This document shows, piece by piece, positions 1-8,546 of a stretch of DNA of 32,000 nucleotides (positions within the stretch are counted from its first letter, which is position 1; each line of letters starts with the position of its first letter). Source of the stretch: Candidatus Methylomirabilis oxygeniifera (GTDB lineage: Bacteria; Methylomirabilota; Methylomirabilia; Methylomirabilales; Methylomirabilaceae). The stretch spans positions 2,070,001 through 2,102,000 of the forward strand of contig FP565575.1 of NCBI GenBank assembly GCA_000091165.1, written 5' to 3'. The position numbers and the translations under genes were made by a program. A model generated the notes under the pieces. It saw only the letters and a list, made by a program, of their open reading frames with translations, had not been told where the DNA came from and did not search any database.

Positions 1-501
1 CACGTTGTTAGAGCCGATCCCCGCCTTCATCAATTTGTTGATGGCGTAACCTTCAAAGATCGTTGTTTGCCCCGAGAAGTAGACTGCGACCGACTCCGGA
101 CCGTGCTGTTGAATAGCCTCTTTAAACTTGGAGGCCATGATATCCATCGCCTGAGTCCAGGAGATCTCAGCGAACTTGTTGCCTTGGCGAAGCAGCGGAG
201 CCTTATAGCGGTCAGGGCCATAGAGAATTTTAGGGAGACTATAACCTTTGATGCAGAGCAGGCCACGATTGACGGGCGCCTCTGGATCGCCTTTGACGGC
301 CACCACTTTGCCTTCCCGAAGTCCTACCAGCACGCCGCATCCAACCCCGCAGAAACGACAGGGGCTCTTCTTCCATTCCTCTGCCGTCTCGGCAGCCTCC
401 GCAACCCCCTCGGGGATAGCGAATAGTGCGTCGGGCGAAGTCAGAGCTACGGCGCTTGCCCCGGCTAAGGTCTTTAAAAGCTCTCTACGAGAAAGTTTCA
501 T
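1..501 (-). CDS. napA: Periplasmic nitrate reductase catalytic subunit NapA, first 167 codons (gene continues past the left edge)
   Basis: Absent from the ORF track because there is no stop in the window. My translation from the ATG at 501..499 gives MKLSRRELLKTLAGASAVAL...EEWKKSPCRFCGVGCGVLVGLREGKVVAVKGDPEAPVNRGLLCIKGYSLPKILYG...GIGSNNV. It has a twin-arginine Tat signal (SRRELLK), a CxxCxxxC 4Fe-4S motif and the PVNRG-LCIKGY block typical of NapA. A GAGGG SD lies about 6 nt upstream. Confidence 0.85.
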   Translation of the reverse strand, partial: MKLSRRELLKTLAGASAVALTSPDALFAIPEGVAEAAETAEEWKKSPCRFCGVGCGVLVGLREGKVVAVKGDPEAPVNRGLLCIKGYSLPKILYGPDRYKAPLLRQGNKFAEISWTQAMDIMASKFKEAIQQHGPESVAVYFSGQTTIFEGYAINKLMKAGIGSNNV

Positions 502-548
502 GTTTGGCCCTCAGGTCCGGATTAACTGAACACTGTCATCACGGTCTC

Positions 549-1778
549 TTACATCCCAAATTTGTGCGCCCTGTTGGCGAAAAAGATCCCGGAGGGATGA
601 TCCGCCGGGAACTCTTTCAGCACCTGAAAGGTCGCCGTATCGTACACAACGACTTTGCCGCCGTCCATCAGAGAGACGTACGCAGCTTCTCCCTTTGGCG
701 TAAACTGCGGGTGTGTGGCCCCGGCCCCGGGATTGAGCGTTTTGACAACCTTCATGCTGTCAACGTCAATGACATCGATCAGATCTCCGTTTTTACCGAT
801 AATGTCTACCCATACTTGACGTCCGTCAGGTCGTACCACGGTGTAGAGCGCGGTCCCGCTGATCGGCACGGGGGTGAGCGGCGTCCAGTCGAGCGTGGAA
901 TAGACCAGCGCAACCTCGCGCTTGAGCGCAGGCAGAAAAGCCAACCGCCCAGTAAGAGCCCAGCCTTTGAGATGCGGAATTTTCCACAGTGGAACATCGG
1001 GACCTTTACCCTGCTCGGCCAGAATCGGAGCGACTCGATCGAGCTTCCAGGTATCGAGGAGCCCCATCCAGTTCGAGTCTAAAAAGCCCGCGAGATAGTA
1101 GCGTCCGTCCGGACTGATCAGCGCGTCATACGGCATCTTCCCGACATCGGGAAACTTTCGAATTACGGGAAACTCTTTTTTCCCCGCATCCACCACCCAT
1201 ATGCTGTTGCCGTCCATCAAAGAAAATACGAGGAGGTTGCCGGGGGCATCAACTAACCCCGCCACTCGGGACGGTAATTGCTCTCTGCCCTTTTCACTTG
1301 CGTCCGTGTACAGGGCCGGGATCGTCTTCACCAGTTCCAACGTGTCGGCGTCCAGAATGCGCACCTCGCCTGGAACATAATTACTGAGGGCTACGTACTT
1401 GCCATCCTGGCTAACCACACCGCCGACGGACAATTTCCCTGCATTCACCTGCTTAACAAGCTTCAGAGTGAGAAGATCGATCTTGGAGACTTCGCCTGTG
1501 CGACCGATGACATAGGCGTAGCGCGCGTCCGGGGAGAATTTCACCGTCGCGTGGGTAAGGTTGCCGAGTCCCGAGATGCGCCCCAGCAGTTCGTGGCGGG
1601 AGGAGTCGATGATAAGTACGCTGCCGGCCTGTCGCTCAATGACGACCACCAACGACGCCGTCCCCCACCGCCGCTCATCGGCGCTCGAATGCAGGGGCAG
1701 GCTGAGCGCCAGGAGAATGAGGAATGCCTTAACCGCGAACCGAAATATGCGTACTCGCACGACTGTCTTCCTTTCCAT
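549..1778 (-). CDS. nirF: Heme d1 biosynthesis protein NirF (cd1-type beta-propeller without a heme-c domain)
   Basis: 409-aa ORF with a signal peptide (FAVKAFLILLALSLPLHSSA) and no CxxCH. It is clearly homologous to the d1 domain of the adjacent NirS (for example AGSVLIIDSSRHELL...ARYAYVIGRTGEVSKIDL versus AGQVAIIDGDTKEIV...GRYMYTIGRDGRATMIDL). An alternative start is the GTG at 1760, preceded by GGAAAGGAAG. Confidence 0.8.
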   Translation of the reverse strand: MERKTVVRVRIFRFAVKAFLILLALSLPLHSSADERRWGTASLVVVIERQAGSVLIIDSSRHELLGRISGLGNLTHATVKFSPDARYAYVIGRTGEVSKIDLLTLKLVKQVNAGKLSVGGVVSQDGKYVALSNYVPGEVRILDADTLELVKTIPALYTDASEKGREQLPSRVAGLVDAPGNLLVFSLMDGNSIWVVDAGKKEFPVIRKFPDVGKMPYDALISPDGRYYLAGFLDSNWMGLLDTWKLDRVAPILAEQGKGPDVPLWKIPHLKGWALTGRLAFLPALKREVALVYSTLDWTPLTPVPISGTALYTVVRPDGRQVWVDIIGKNGDLIDVIDVDSMKVVKTLNPGAGATHPQFTPKGEAAYVSLMDGGKVVVYDTATFQVLKEFPADHPSGIFFANRAHKFGM

Positions 1779-2949
1779 TCGTCGATGAGATCCCTAACTC
1801 CTCGTCGCTCAGGTAACAGCTAGGGTCGGACGCCCACAGATCCCCGGTTGTCGCCTCCGCCCTGACTCTCGAGTTGCCGCCGCACAGATCGAGATACGGG
1901 CATTGGGCACAGCGGCCCTTGAGCGCGTGTCGGCGATCTTTCAGGACGCGCATGATCGGATCAGTGGTATCTTCCCAGATCGCCGCAAAACTCCGCTCTC
2001 GAACATTGCCGAGGGTGTAATGTCTCCAAAACGGATCGGCATAGACGTGTCCGAGGCTGTCGATACAGCCCAGAGAGACGCCGGAGCTGTTTCCCCCTCG
2101 GCGCTGCAGGAGCCGAAAGACCGATTGCGCCTTCGCAGGGGCAGACCCTCGTATCTTCAAGTAGAGGTAGACACCGTCGGCATCGTTATTACCGGTGGTG
2201 ACCTCGATCTTGGATCCGCGGCGATGCATATCGACACTCCTCTGGATGAGATAATCGATCGCGCCGCGCCGTTCCTCAGGCGACAGATCGTCATGGACCA
2301 GCCCCGCACCTCGGCCTGAATAGACCAGGTGGGCGAAGTACAGGCGATCTACGTTCTCCTGCTCCGCCAGGTCACACATCGCGGGCAGATCGTGCAGGGT
2401 CCGACGGCACAGTGCAGTCCGTATGCCGACCTTCATCCCTTCATCGCGAGCGTGCCGCAGCCCTTGCAGCGCCAGCGCAAACGAGCCATCCATTCCCCGA
2501 AAACGATCATGGACCGGGCCGATACCATCCAGGCTCACGCCGACATACGTGATGCCGAGGCGCCTCAGCCGCCTTGCGGCTGCCGCGTCGATCAACGTCC
2601 CGTTCGTAGACAACGCACAACGCAATCCAAGATCTTGCGCATGCTCGGCGAGCGTGTAGAGATCCTCTCGAAACAACGGATCACCACCGGACAGAATGAG
2701 CATCGGGATCTTATAGCCGGTGAGATCCGCGATCAGCCGCTTCCCTTCGTCGGTCGTCAACTCATCGGCATAGGCGCGGTCCTGCGATTGGCTGTAGCAG
2801 TGCAGACAATGGAGGTTACAGCGCCGCGTCAGATTCCAGATAACCACCGGCCTTTCCACGGAAGGCGGCAGAGACCATCCATCCTTCTGCGTTGGAGGCG
2901 TCTGAGCGCCTTGAGCGGGCCCGCACAACAGTTCTGTAATCCTCAGCAT
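1729..2949 (-). CDS. nirJ: Radical-SAM heme d1 biosynthesis protein NirJ
   Basis: 406-aa ORF with the radical-SAM cluster motif CNLHCLHCY (CxxxCxxC) and a C-terminal Cys-rich SPASM-like block (CAQCPYLDLCGGNSRVRA). It sits between nirS and nirF. Confidence 0.8.
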   Translation of the reverse strand: MLRITELLCGPAQGAQTPPTQKDGWSLPPSVERPVVIWNLTRRCNLHCLHCYSQSQDRAYADELTTDEGKRLIADLTGYKIPMLILSGGDPLFREDLYTLAEHAQDLGLRCALSTNGTLIDAAAARRLRRLGITYVGVSLDGIGPVHDRFRGMDGSFALALQGLRHARDEGMKVGIRTALCRRTLHDLPAMCDLAEQENVDRLYFAHLVYSGRGAGLVHDDLSPEERRGAIDYLIQRSVDMHRRGSKIEVTTGNNDADGVYLYLKIRGSAPAKAQSVFRLLQRRGGNSSGVSLGCIDSLGHVYADPFWRHYTLGNVRERSFAAIWEDTTDPIMRVLKDRRHALKGRCAQCPYLDLCGGNSRVRAEATTGDLWASDPSCYLSDEELGISSTNGKEDSRASTHISVRG

Positions 2950-3101
2950 TATCTATATTCCATGGCCAAGCGCGGCTTTCTTGAGGCTCTGGCTCTGCTT
3001 CTCCAGGGAAGCCTGCTAGCCCCTTACTCCATACTCAAGCCGACCACCCCGCATCCATCGGCCAACTTTATTATAATAGCGCGCTTTACAATAATATGAA
3101 A

Positions 3102-3141
3102 GACCGCCAGGGTGAGCCGTTCGAGACTCACCCTGGCGGTC
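3102..3141 (-). terminator. Intrinsic terminator downstream of nirS
   Basis: Perfect 15-bp inverted repeat: gaccgccagggtgag (3102-3116) and ctcaccctggcggtc (3127-3141), with a 10-nt loop. It lies 23 nt after the nirS stop. On the minus strand it is followed by TTTCATATTAT. Confidence 0.7.
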
Positions 3142-3163
3142 CATTTTCCACGTGCGACCTTGA

Positions 3164-4804
3164 TTAATAAATATCCTTCACAGTGTTGTAGACGTTAAAC
3201 TTACCTGTCGGCGTGATGATGCGCGGATCGTCGATCCTGGCCTTCTCTTGCAGTGTCTTATCATCATACACGACGATCTCGCTCTTGCCGTCTTTCTTCC
3301 CCCAGACGCTGATCCACACCTCATCCCCGGCCTTATTGAACTCGAAATGCACAGCGCGACCTTTGTCCGATACCTTCCAGCACTTCGGATCTTTCTCCGG
3401 ATTCGCTTTCTCGAAAACGCAGACCTGCTTTTGAATGGCTGGATCGCCATTCAGGGCGTGATCTACCCAGACATTTTTACTCTTCGGGTGCGTCTTGATA
3501 AACAGGCCGCCTCCTCCGAGCGTCTTGAGATCCCTCACCTTTTTCCAGGCAGACTCCTTGTGCTTGGCCGGATCGGTACCGTAAACGGCGATCTTGCCTT
3601 CGCCGAGATGCGGGGTACCATTCACCGGACCGAATTTCGGATCGATCCAGTTGGCGCCACGTCCCGGATGAGGCTTGATTCCGGATTCGAAGATCGCCTC
3701 CAGCTTACCCTTCTCGACGTCGATCACGACCACCTTGTTCGCCATGTTAGCCGCCACCATGAAGTAGCGTTTGGTGCTGTCCCAGCCGCCGTCGTGCAGA
3801 AACTTCTCGCCTTGGATCTGGGTCATCTTGAGGTTCTTGAGATCCGAGTAATCGACAAGCCAGATCAGCCCGGTCTCCTTAATGTTAATGACCCACTCGG
3901 GCTTGAAGTGCGACGCCACGATCGAGGCGACCCGGGGCTCGGGGTGATACTCCATCGTATCGTAGGTCATGCTCCGACTGCTGATGACCTTCAGTGGTTC
4001 CAGCGTGTTACCGTCCGTCACAATAATCTGCGGCGGCCAATAGCAACCGATGACGGCCAGCTTGTCGGTGAAGTCACCGAGCTTACCTTTATACTTACTC
4101 GTATCGATAGAGCGCGCATCGCTGCACGGTTTGATCTCCGCGATCTTATCCGGAACCTTCATCCACAGATCGATCATCGTCGCCCGACCATCACGGCCGA
4201 TAGTATACATGTAGCGTCCCGAAAAGGAACTGCGCGAGATATGGACCGCAAACCCCGTCTTGACCGTGTTGACGATCTCTTTGGTATCGCCGTCGATGAT
4301 CGCCACCTGACCGGCGTCACGAAGGGTCACGGCGAAAAAGTTCTGCCAGTCACGGTTATGTTCTGGCTTCGTGGGTCGCTTATCCGGCGGCACGATCAGG
4401 TTCCAGCTTTTCTTCATATCCGCCATAGAGAGCTCGGGAGGTGTGGGCGGGTCATGCTGGATGTAACGGGCCATCAGGTCGCTTTCGGCGTCGGTGAGAA
4501 TGCCTTGCCGACCCCAGTCCGGCATCCCGCCTCCCGTACCATTCACGATGAACGCTTTCAAAACCGGTGTAGTCAAAGCGCGGGTTTTTGCCGGCAGAAG
4601 CTGCGGACCGGTTGCACCTTTTCTCAAGACCCCGTGACAGCCCGCGCACCGGTCGAAATAGATCTGCTTGGCCGCCTCAAGTTCGCCAGGGGCCAGCGGT
4701 GGAGCCGGTGGAAGCGCCGGCGGCGCCTCCGCAGCCAGAACCGGAACGGTCCATAGCATGCCTAGCGCCACAGTTAACACCGTCAACTTTGTTCTAGTCG
4801 TCAT
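3164..4804 (-). CDS. nirS: Cytochrome cd1 nitrite reductase NirS
   Basis: 546-aa ORF with a signal peptide (LTVLTVALGMLWTVPVLAAEA). The N-terminal domain has a single heme-c site (CAGCHG) and is followed by a ~430-aa d1-type beta-propeller. The SD is AAAGGAGAGGG, ending 2 nt before the ATG. Confidence 0.9.
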   Translation of the reverse strand: MTTRTKLTVLTVALGMLWTVPVLAAEAPPALPPAPPLAPGELEAAKQIYFDRCAGCHGVLRKGATGPQLLPAKTRALTTPVLKAFIVNGTGGGMPDWGRQGILTDAESDLMARYIQHDPPTPPELSMADMKKSWNLIVPPDKRPTKPEHNRDWQNFFAVTLRDAGQVAIIDGDTKEIVNTVKTGFAVHISRSSFSGRYMYTIGRDGRATMIDLWMKVPDKIAEIKPCSDARSIDTSKYKGKLGDFTDKLAVIGCYWPPQIIVTDGNTLEPLKVISSRSMTYDTMEYHPEPRVASIVASHFKPEWVINIKETGLIWLVDYSDLKNLKMTQIQGEKFLHDGGWDSTKRYFMVAANMANKVVVIDVEKGKLEAIFESGIKPHPGRGANWIDPKFGPVNGTPHLGEGKIAVYGTDPAKHKESAWKKVRDLKTLGGGGLFIKTHPKSKNVWVDHALNGDPAIQKQVCVFEKANPEKDPKCWKVSDKGRAVHFEFNKAGDEVWISVWGKKDGKSEIVVYDDKTLQEKARIDDPRIITPTGKFNVYNTVKDIY

Positions 4805-5148
4805 GCCCTCTCCTTTCGTTAAATGGTATCCACAGGCATTCCACGGTTAGCGCGCTGTCAGACCTTACTCGCGACTCCACGTTGACTGCATACCGTTTAT
4901 ACTGCTCAACTGTATGCTTCTGTGACTGGTGAGCCTATTTGACACACTACCAAGCCGCATTGGGGGCCACTATCGCACCGCCAGCGTCCGCCTGTCAAGG
5001 GTTTTCTTGGGCCGGACCGGACAACATATTTCGATTGAAAGCGTCTGGACAGCAATGGTAGGGTAGAGACAGAGCTATACGCCGCTTTTCAGCATACAGC
5101 ACCCGGAGGAACGCGAAGCCGGGAACGGACGAGTCATGGAGATACGAG

Positions 5149-6207
5149 ATGTTTGAGACCATCGAATGGACATCGGCAGGCATGGTCCGGCTTTTGGATC
5201 AACGCCGGTTGCCGGCGGAGGAAGTGTATGTGGAGTGCCGCGATGCGGCGGCGGTCGCGCAGGCAATCCGGTCGATGCAGATTCGCGGAGCCCCGGCGAT
5301 CGGTGTGGCCGGCGCCATGGGCTTGGCGTTAGCGGCGCAGTCGATTCAGGCAAGCAGTTTCGAGGAGTTCGATGCGGAGTTATCGCGCCATGGCGAGGCG
5401 CTGCGCCGGACCCGCCCTACAGCCGTGAATCTGGCATGGGGGATCGAGCGGATGCTGCGGTGCGCTCAGCAGCATAAGGCCCTCCCGATCGCCGAGCTCG
5501 TTGAGGCCCTCATTCGGGAGGCGCAACAGATCCGGGAGGAAGACATCCGGGACAACCGGGCGATCGGCGCATACGGCCAAGGACTGATCCCCGATGGAGC
5601 CGCCGTCCTGACTCACTGTAATGCCGGGGCCCTGGCAACCGCCGGCTATGGAACCGCCCTAGGAGTGATCCGCGCGGCGCACGCGGCCGGGACCAGACTG
5701 TCGGTGTGGGCCGGTGAGACCAGACCGTTTCTGCAAGGCGCCAGACTGACCGCCTGGGAGTTGCAGCAGGACGGCATTCCGGTGACGCTCATCACCGACA
5801 ATATGGCGGGACACCTGATGCAGCGGGGCGAGATCGATCTCGTCATTGTTGGAGCCGACCGGATCGCTCGTAACGGCGACGTGGCGAATAAGATCGGAAC
5901 CTACACCCTGGCCGTTCTGGCGCAAGCGCACGGGCTCCCGTTCTATGTCGCAGCCCCCCTGTCCACTCTGGATCTGTCGCTTCGCGACGGCGAGGCAATC
6001 CCGATCGAGGAGCGCGATCCCAAAGAGGTCACCGATTGGGCCGGTGTTCGGACCGCACCGGTGGGTGTGAGGGCGAGAAATCCCGTCTTCGACGTGACAC
6101 CACACCGCTATATTACCGCCCTGATTACCGATCGGGGCATAGTCCGGTCCCCCTATGACTCAGGCTTATCCGCACTGACCGGGATCGGCCCTTCGGGCAG
6201 GGTATAG
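5149..6207 (+). CDS. mtnA: Methylthioribose-1-phosphate isomerase (eIF-2B alpha/beta/delta family)
   Basis: 352 aa. Motifs: [52 protein letters not shown] upstream. Confidence 0.85.
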   Translation: MFETIEWTSAGMVRLLDQRRLPAEEVYVECRDAAAVAQAIRSMQIRGAPAIGVAGAMGLALAAQSIQASSFEEFDAELSRHGEALRRTRPTAVNLAWGIERMLRCAQQHKALPIAELVEALIREAQQIREEDIRDNRAIGAYGQGLIPDGAAVLTHCNAGALATAGYGTALGVIRAAHAAGTRLSVWAGETRPFLQGARLTAWELQQDGIPVTLITDNMAGHLMQRGEIDLVIVGADRIARNGDVANKIGTYTLAVLAQAHGLPFYVAAPLSTLDLSLRDGEAIPIEERDPKEVTDWAGVRTAPVGVRARNPVFDVTPHRYITALITDRGIVRSPYDSGLSALTGIGPSGRV

Positions 6208-6240
6208 GGTATAGGGTATGGGGTATAGGGTATGGGGTAG
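6200..6240 (+). repeat. Tandem heptamer repeat (A)GGGTAT x ~6, a G-quadruplex-type motif
   Basis: GGGTATAGGGTATAGGGTATGGGGTATAGGGTATGGGGTAG. Six G3-4 runs are separated by 3-4 nt. The repeat contains the mtnA stop (6205-6207) and the ATG at 6218 of the next ORF. Confidence 0.9.
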
Positions 6241-8524
6241 TCGATACCCTGGATTCTATGCGTTACGTTCTACACACCGCTTGGTTATAATACTCTCCGC
6301 CTTTTTGCTGGTGCTGCTGGCGCCGTTGCACGCCACCGCCCAGGAGGCGTCGGTCGGATCCTTATGGCAAAAGGCGCTCGAACACATCGAGACCAACGAT
6401 AACCAGGCGATACCCCTGCTCGACGATCTGCGCCACCGCGAGGGCTTCTCCAGGGCGCACGAGGCCCACTTCCTCCTGGGTGTGGCGCTATACAGACAGA
6501 AGCAGTGGCAGGAGGCCGCCGACGTATTGGAGGCAGCGGCCGCGCAGGAACCGCTGCTTGGCGACTATGCCCTGCACTATGCCGCATCTGCCTACCAAAC
6601 CCTTGGTCTGAACGCTCAGGCGCTGGCGGTGCTCTCACGTCTGCTTCATGAGCACCCGGACAGTCTGCTCACCGAACGAGCTCGACAGGAGCGTGCACGG
6701 CTCTATCTCGGCGCAAATCAGCTTACGCAAGCCGAGGAGGCATACCGGGATTACCTGGCTCGCGCTTCGAATGAGGCGAGACGGCGAGAGGCGCTACTTG
6801 CACTGGCGGAGATCGCCCTGAAACTTGTCCCCGACCCCGATCGGGGAGCAGATAAACGACGGGAAGCCGACGCGTTGTTACGCGAGCTGTGGCTCAAGCA
6901 TCCGGGAACCTGGGAGGCTGCGCGGGCCGGCGAACTCCTGGCCTCGATGGCGGAGGCGCCGCCCTTCACGGCTGATGAGCAGTTCGAGCGAGCGCTCAGT
7001 CTGTACCGCAGCAGTCAGTACAGCCTGGCAATTACTGCATTTGCGCCCTTCTTAGACGAAGGCTCTCGCCCCTTCGACGGGGGCCAGGACAGGTTTACCT
7101 CGCGCGCAAGACTGTGGAGCGGTATCAGCCATTTTCAACGCCGGGATTACCGCCTGGCCATCAGCCTCTTGTCGCCTATGGGTCAGGACCGCTCGCTGTA
7201 TTCGGCGGAAGCGCTGTACTGGATCGGACGAAGCTATGCCAGAGTTGATGACCGCGAACAGGCTGTCATGGCGTGGACCCGCCTGATCGATATCTACCCA
7301 AACAGCCCCTTCACTGCGGAGTCGCTCTACCTGATGGCGCTCCAGCACATCGACAACAGCCAACCGAAGCGGGCAATACAAACCCTGGATCGGCTCATCA
7401 GAAATTACCAGTCGAGCCGGTTCATCGACGCCGCGTTGTGGGCCCGGGCCTGGATTCATTACAGGCAGTCGGCGCTCAAACGAGCACTCGCCGATTTACA
7501 ACGACTCCAGGCGAGAGGTGCGTCAGATCCGCGATTTCAAGTGCAAGTCCTGTATTGGCAGGGGCGGGTCTTTGAAGGCCTGAAAAAAAGAAAAAAGGCA
7601 ACGGAGACGTACCGGAGGCTGCTCAGTATTCACAGCGACGACGACTATTACGCCGAACAGACGTATCGCCGCCTCAGGACGCTGGGCCAAAGGGCCGCGC
7701 AGACTCGCATGCCTGTCACGAGGCGGGAGGTAGGAGGCGGGAAGCGGTTGGAATCTCCACCCGCCACCCTCCAGCCCATAGCCTGTTCTTCATCCCCTGT
7801 ACCCTGCTCGTCAGGGGTCGCAAAAGCTAGGCTACTCACGGAGTTGAAACTGGGGGAAGAGGCATCGGAGGAGTTCCGGGCTCTCGCCGGGAGGTATGCG
7901 GACGACCGTGGGGTCTTATATGAGGCCTGTAGCGCGTTGCTTGACTTGGGATATCTCGAAAAAGGTGTGCGGATCGCAAAGCGCCTCCTTCGCCCACTGT
8001 ACCTACAAACTCGACCCGCTGAGCCGATACCAGGGTACTGGGAGTGCCTTTACCCGCTTGGATATTGGGAACTGGTACAAGAGCAGAGTGCGCGTTATAC
8101 CCTTGATCCGTACCTGGTGGTGGCACTGATCCGGGAGGAGAGTGCGTTTGGTGAACGGGTCGTATCATCTTCCGGGGCCGTCGGGTTGATGCAACTGCTC
8201 CCCACAACCGCTAACGGCCTGGTCAATAATACGGGAAAACCGGTGGAACCGGTGAAGCTCGACGTACCGCCAACTAATATCGCGCTCGGCACTCGATACC
8301 TGGCAATGATGATCAAGGAGTTCAAGGGCAATCGGGCCAGGGCGTTGGCCGCATACAATGCCGGGCCGAACCAGGTGCGCCGATGGTTAGAACGGTTGGG
8401 GGATCGAGTTGATGATGAGTTCATTGAAGAGATCCCATTCGCAGAAACAAGAGCGTATGTAAAGCGTGTTCTTGGAAGCTATTATCGCTACCGTACGCAG
8501 TATGGCAAAGAATCAGGTGGTTAG
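6218..8524 (+). CDS. slt: Soluble lytic murein transglycosylase (Slt70-like: TPR/superhelical N-domain plus C-terminal SLT domain)
   Basis: 768 aa with a signal peptide (LVIILSAFLLVLLAPLHATAQE). SLT catalytic motifs are present: IREESAFGE, GAVGLMQLLPTTA, AAYNAGPNQV. The start is uncertain because the ATG lies inside the heptamer repeat. Confidence 0.8.
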   Translation: MGYRVWGSRYPGFYALRSTHRLVIILSAFLLVLLAPLHATAQEASVGSLWQKALEHIETNDNQAIPLLDDLRHREGFSRAHEAHFLLGVALYRQKQWQEAADVLEAAAAQEPLLGDYALHYAASAYQTLGLNAQALAVLSRLLHEHPDSLLTERARQERARLYLGANQLTQAEEAYRDYLARASNEARRREALLALAEIALKLVPDPDRGADKRREADALLRELWLKHPGTWEAARAGELLASMAEAPPFTADEQFERALSLYRSSQYSLAITAFAPFLDEGSRPFDGGQDRFTSRARLWSGISHFQRRDYRLAISLLSPMGQDRSLYSAEALYWIGRSYARVDDREQAVMAWTRLIDIYPNSPFTAESLYLMALQHIDNSQPKRAIQTLDRLIRNYQSSRFIDAALWARAWIHYRQSALKRALADLQRLQARGASDPRFQVQVLYWQGRVFEGLKKRKKATETYRRLLSIHSDDDYYAEQTYRRLRTLGQRAAQTRMPVTRREVGGGKRLESPPATLQPIACSSSPVPCSSGVAKARLLTELKLGEEASEEFRALAGRYADDRGVLYEACSALLDLGYLEKGVRIAKRLLRPLYLQTRPAEPIPGYWECLYPLGYWELVQEQSARYTLDPYLVVALIREESAFGERVVSSSGAVGLMQLLPTTANGLVNNTGKPVEPVKLDVPPTNIALGTRYLAMMIKEFKGNRARALAAYNAGPNQVRRWLERLGDRVDDEFIEEIPFAETRAYVKRVLGSYYRYRTQYGKESGG

Positions 8525-8546
8525 GCTAAAGACTGAAGGCTGAAGG

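Noticed and set aside
67-426. 119-aa plus-strand ORF and the 78-aa minus-strand ORF (30..266) at the left edge
   Set aside because: The third minus-strand frame gives an uninterrupted, highly recognisable NapA N-terminus over 1-501, so these are shadow ORFs.
426-1082. 218-aa plus-strand ORF; also 2329-3099 (256 aa), 1278-1823 (181 aa) and 9389-10003 (204 aa, minus)
   Set aside because: All are antisense to confidently assigned genes (nirF, nirJ, coaBC/udg). They have no motifs and a biased low-complexity composition.
3248-4756. 502-aa plus-strand ORF
   Set aside because: It is entirely antisense to nirS, whose product has a clear signal peptide, a CxxCH site and a d1-propeller. The antisense product is an Arg/Leu/Pro-rich low-complexity sequence typical of GC-rich shadow ORFs.
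4805-5148. FNR/NnrR-type box (TTGAT-N4-ATCAA) in the nirS-mtnA divergent region
   Set aside because: Only TTGAC...TCAA half-sites with ~19-nt spacing (about 4883-4910) are present, and the intervening sequence is not palindromic. I cannot support a binding-site call.
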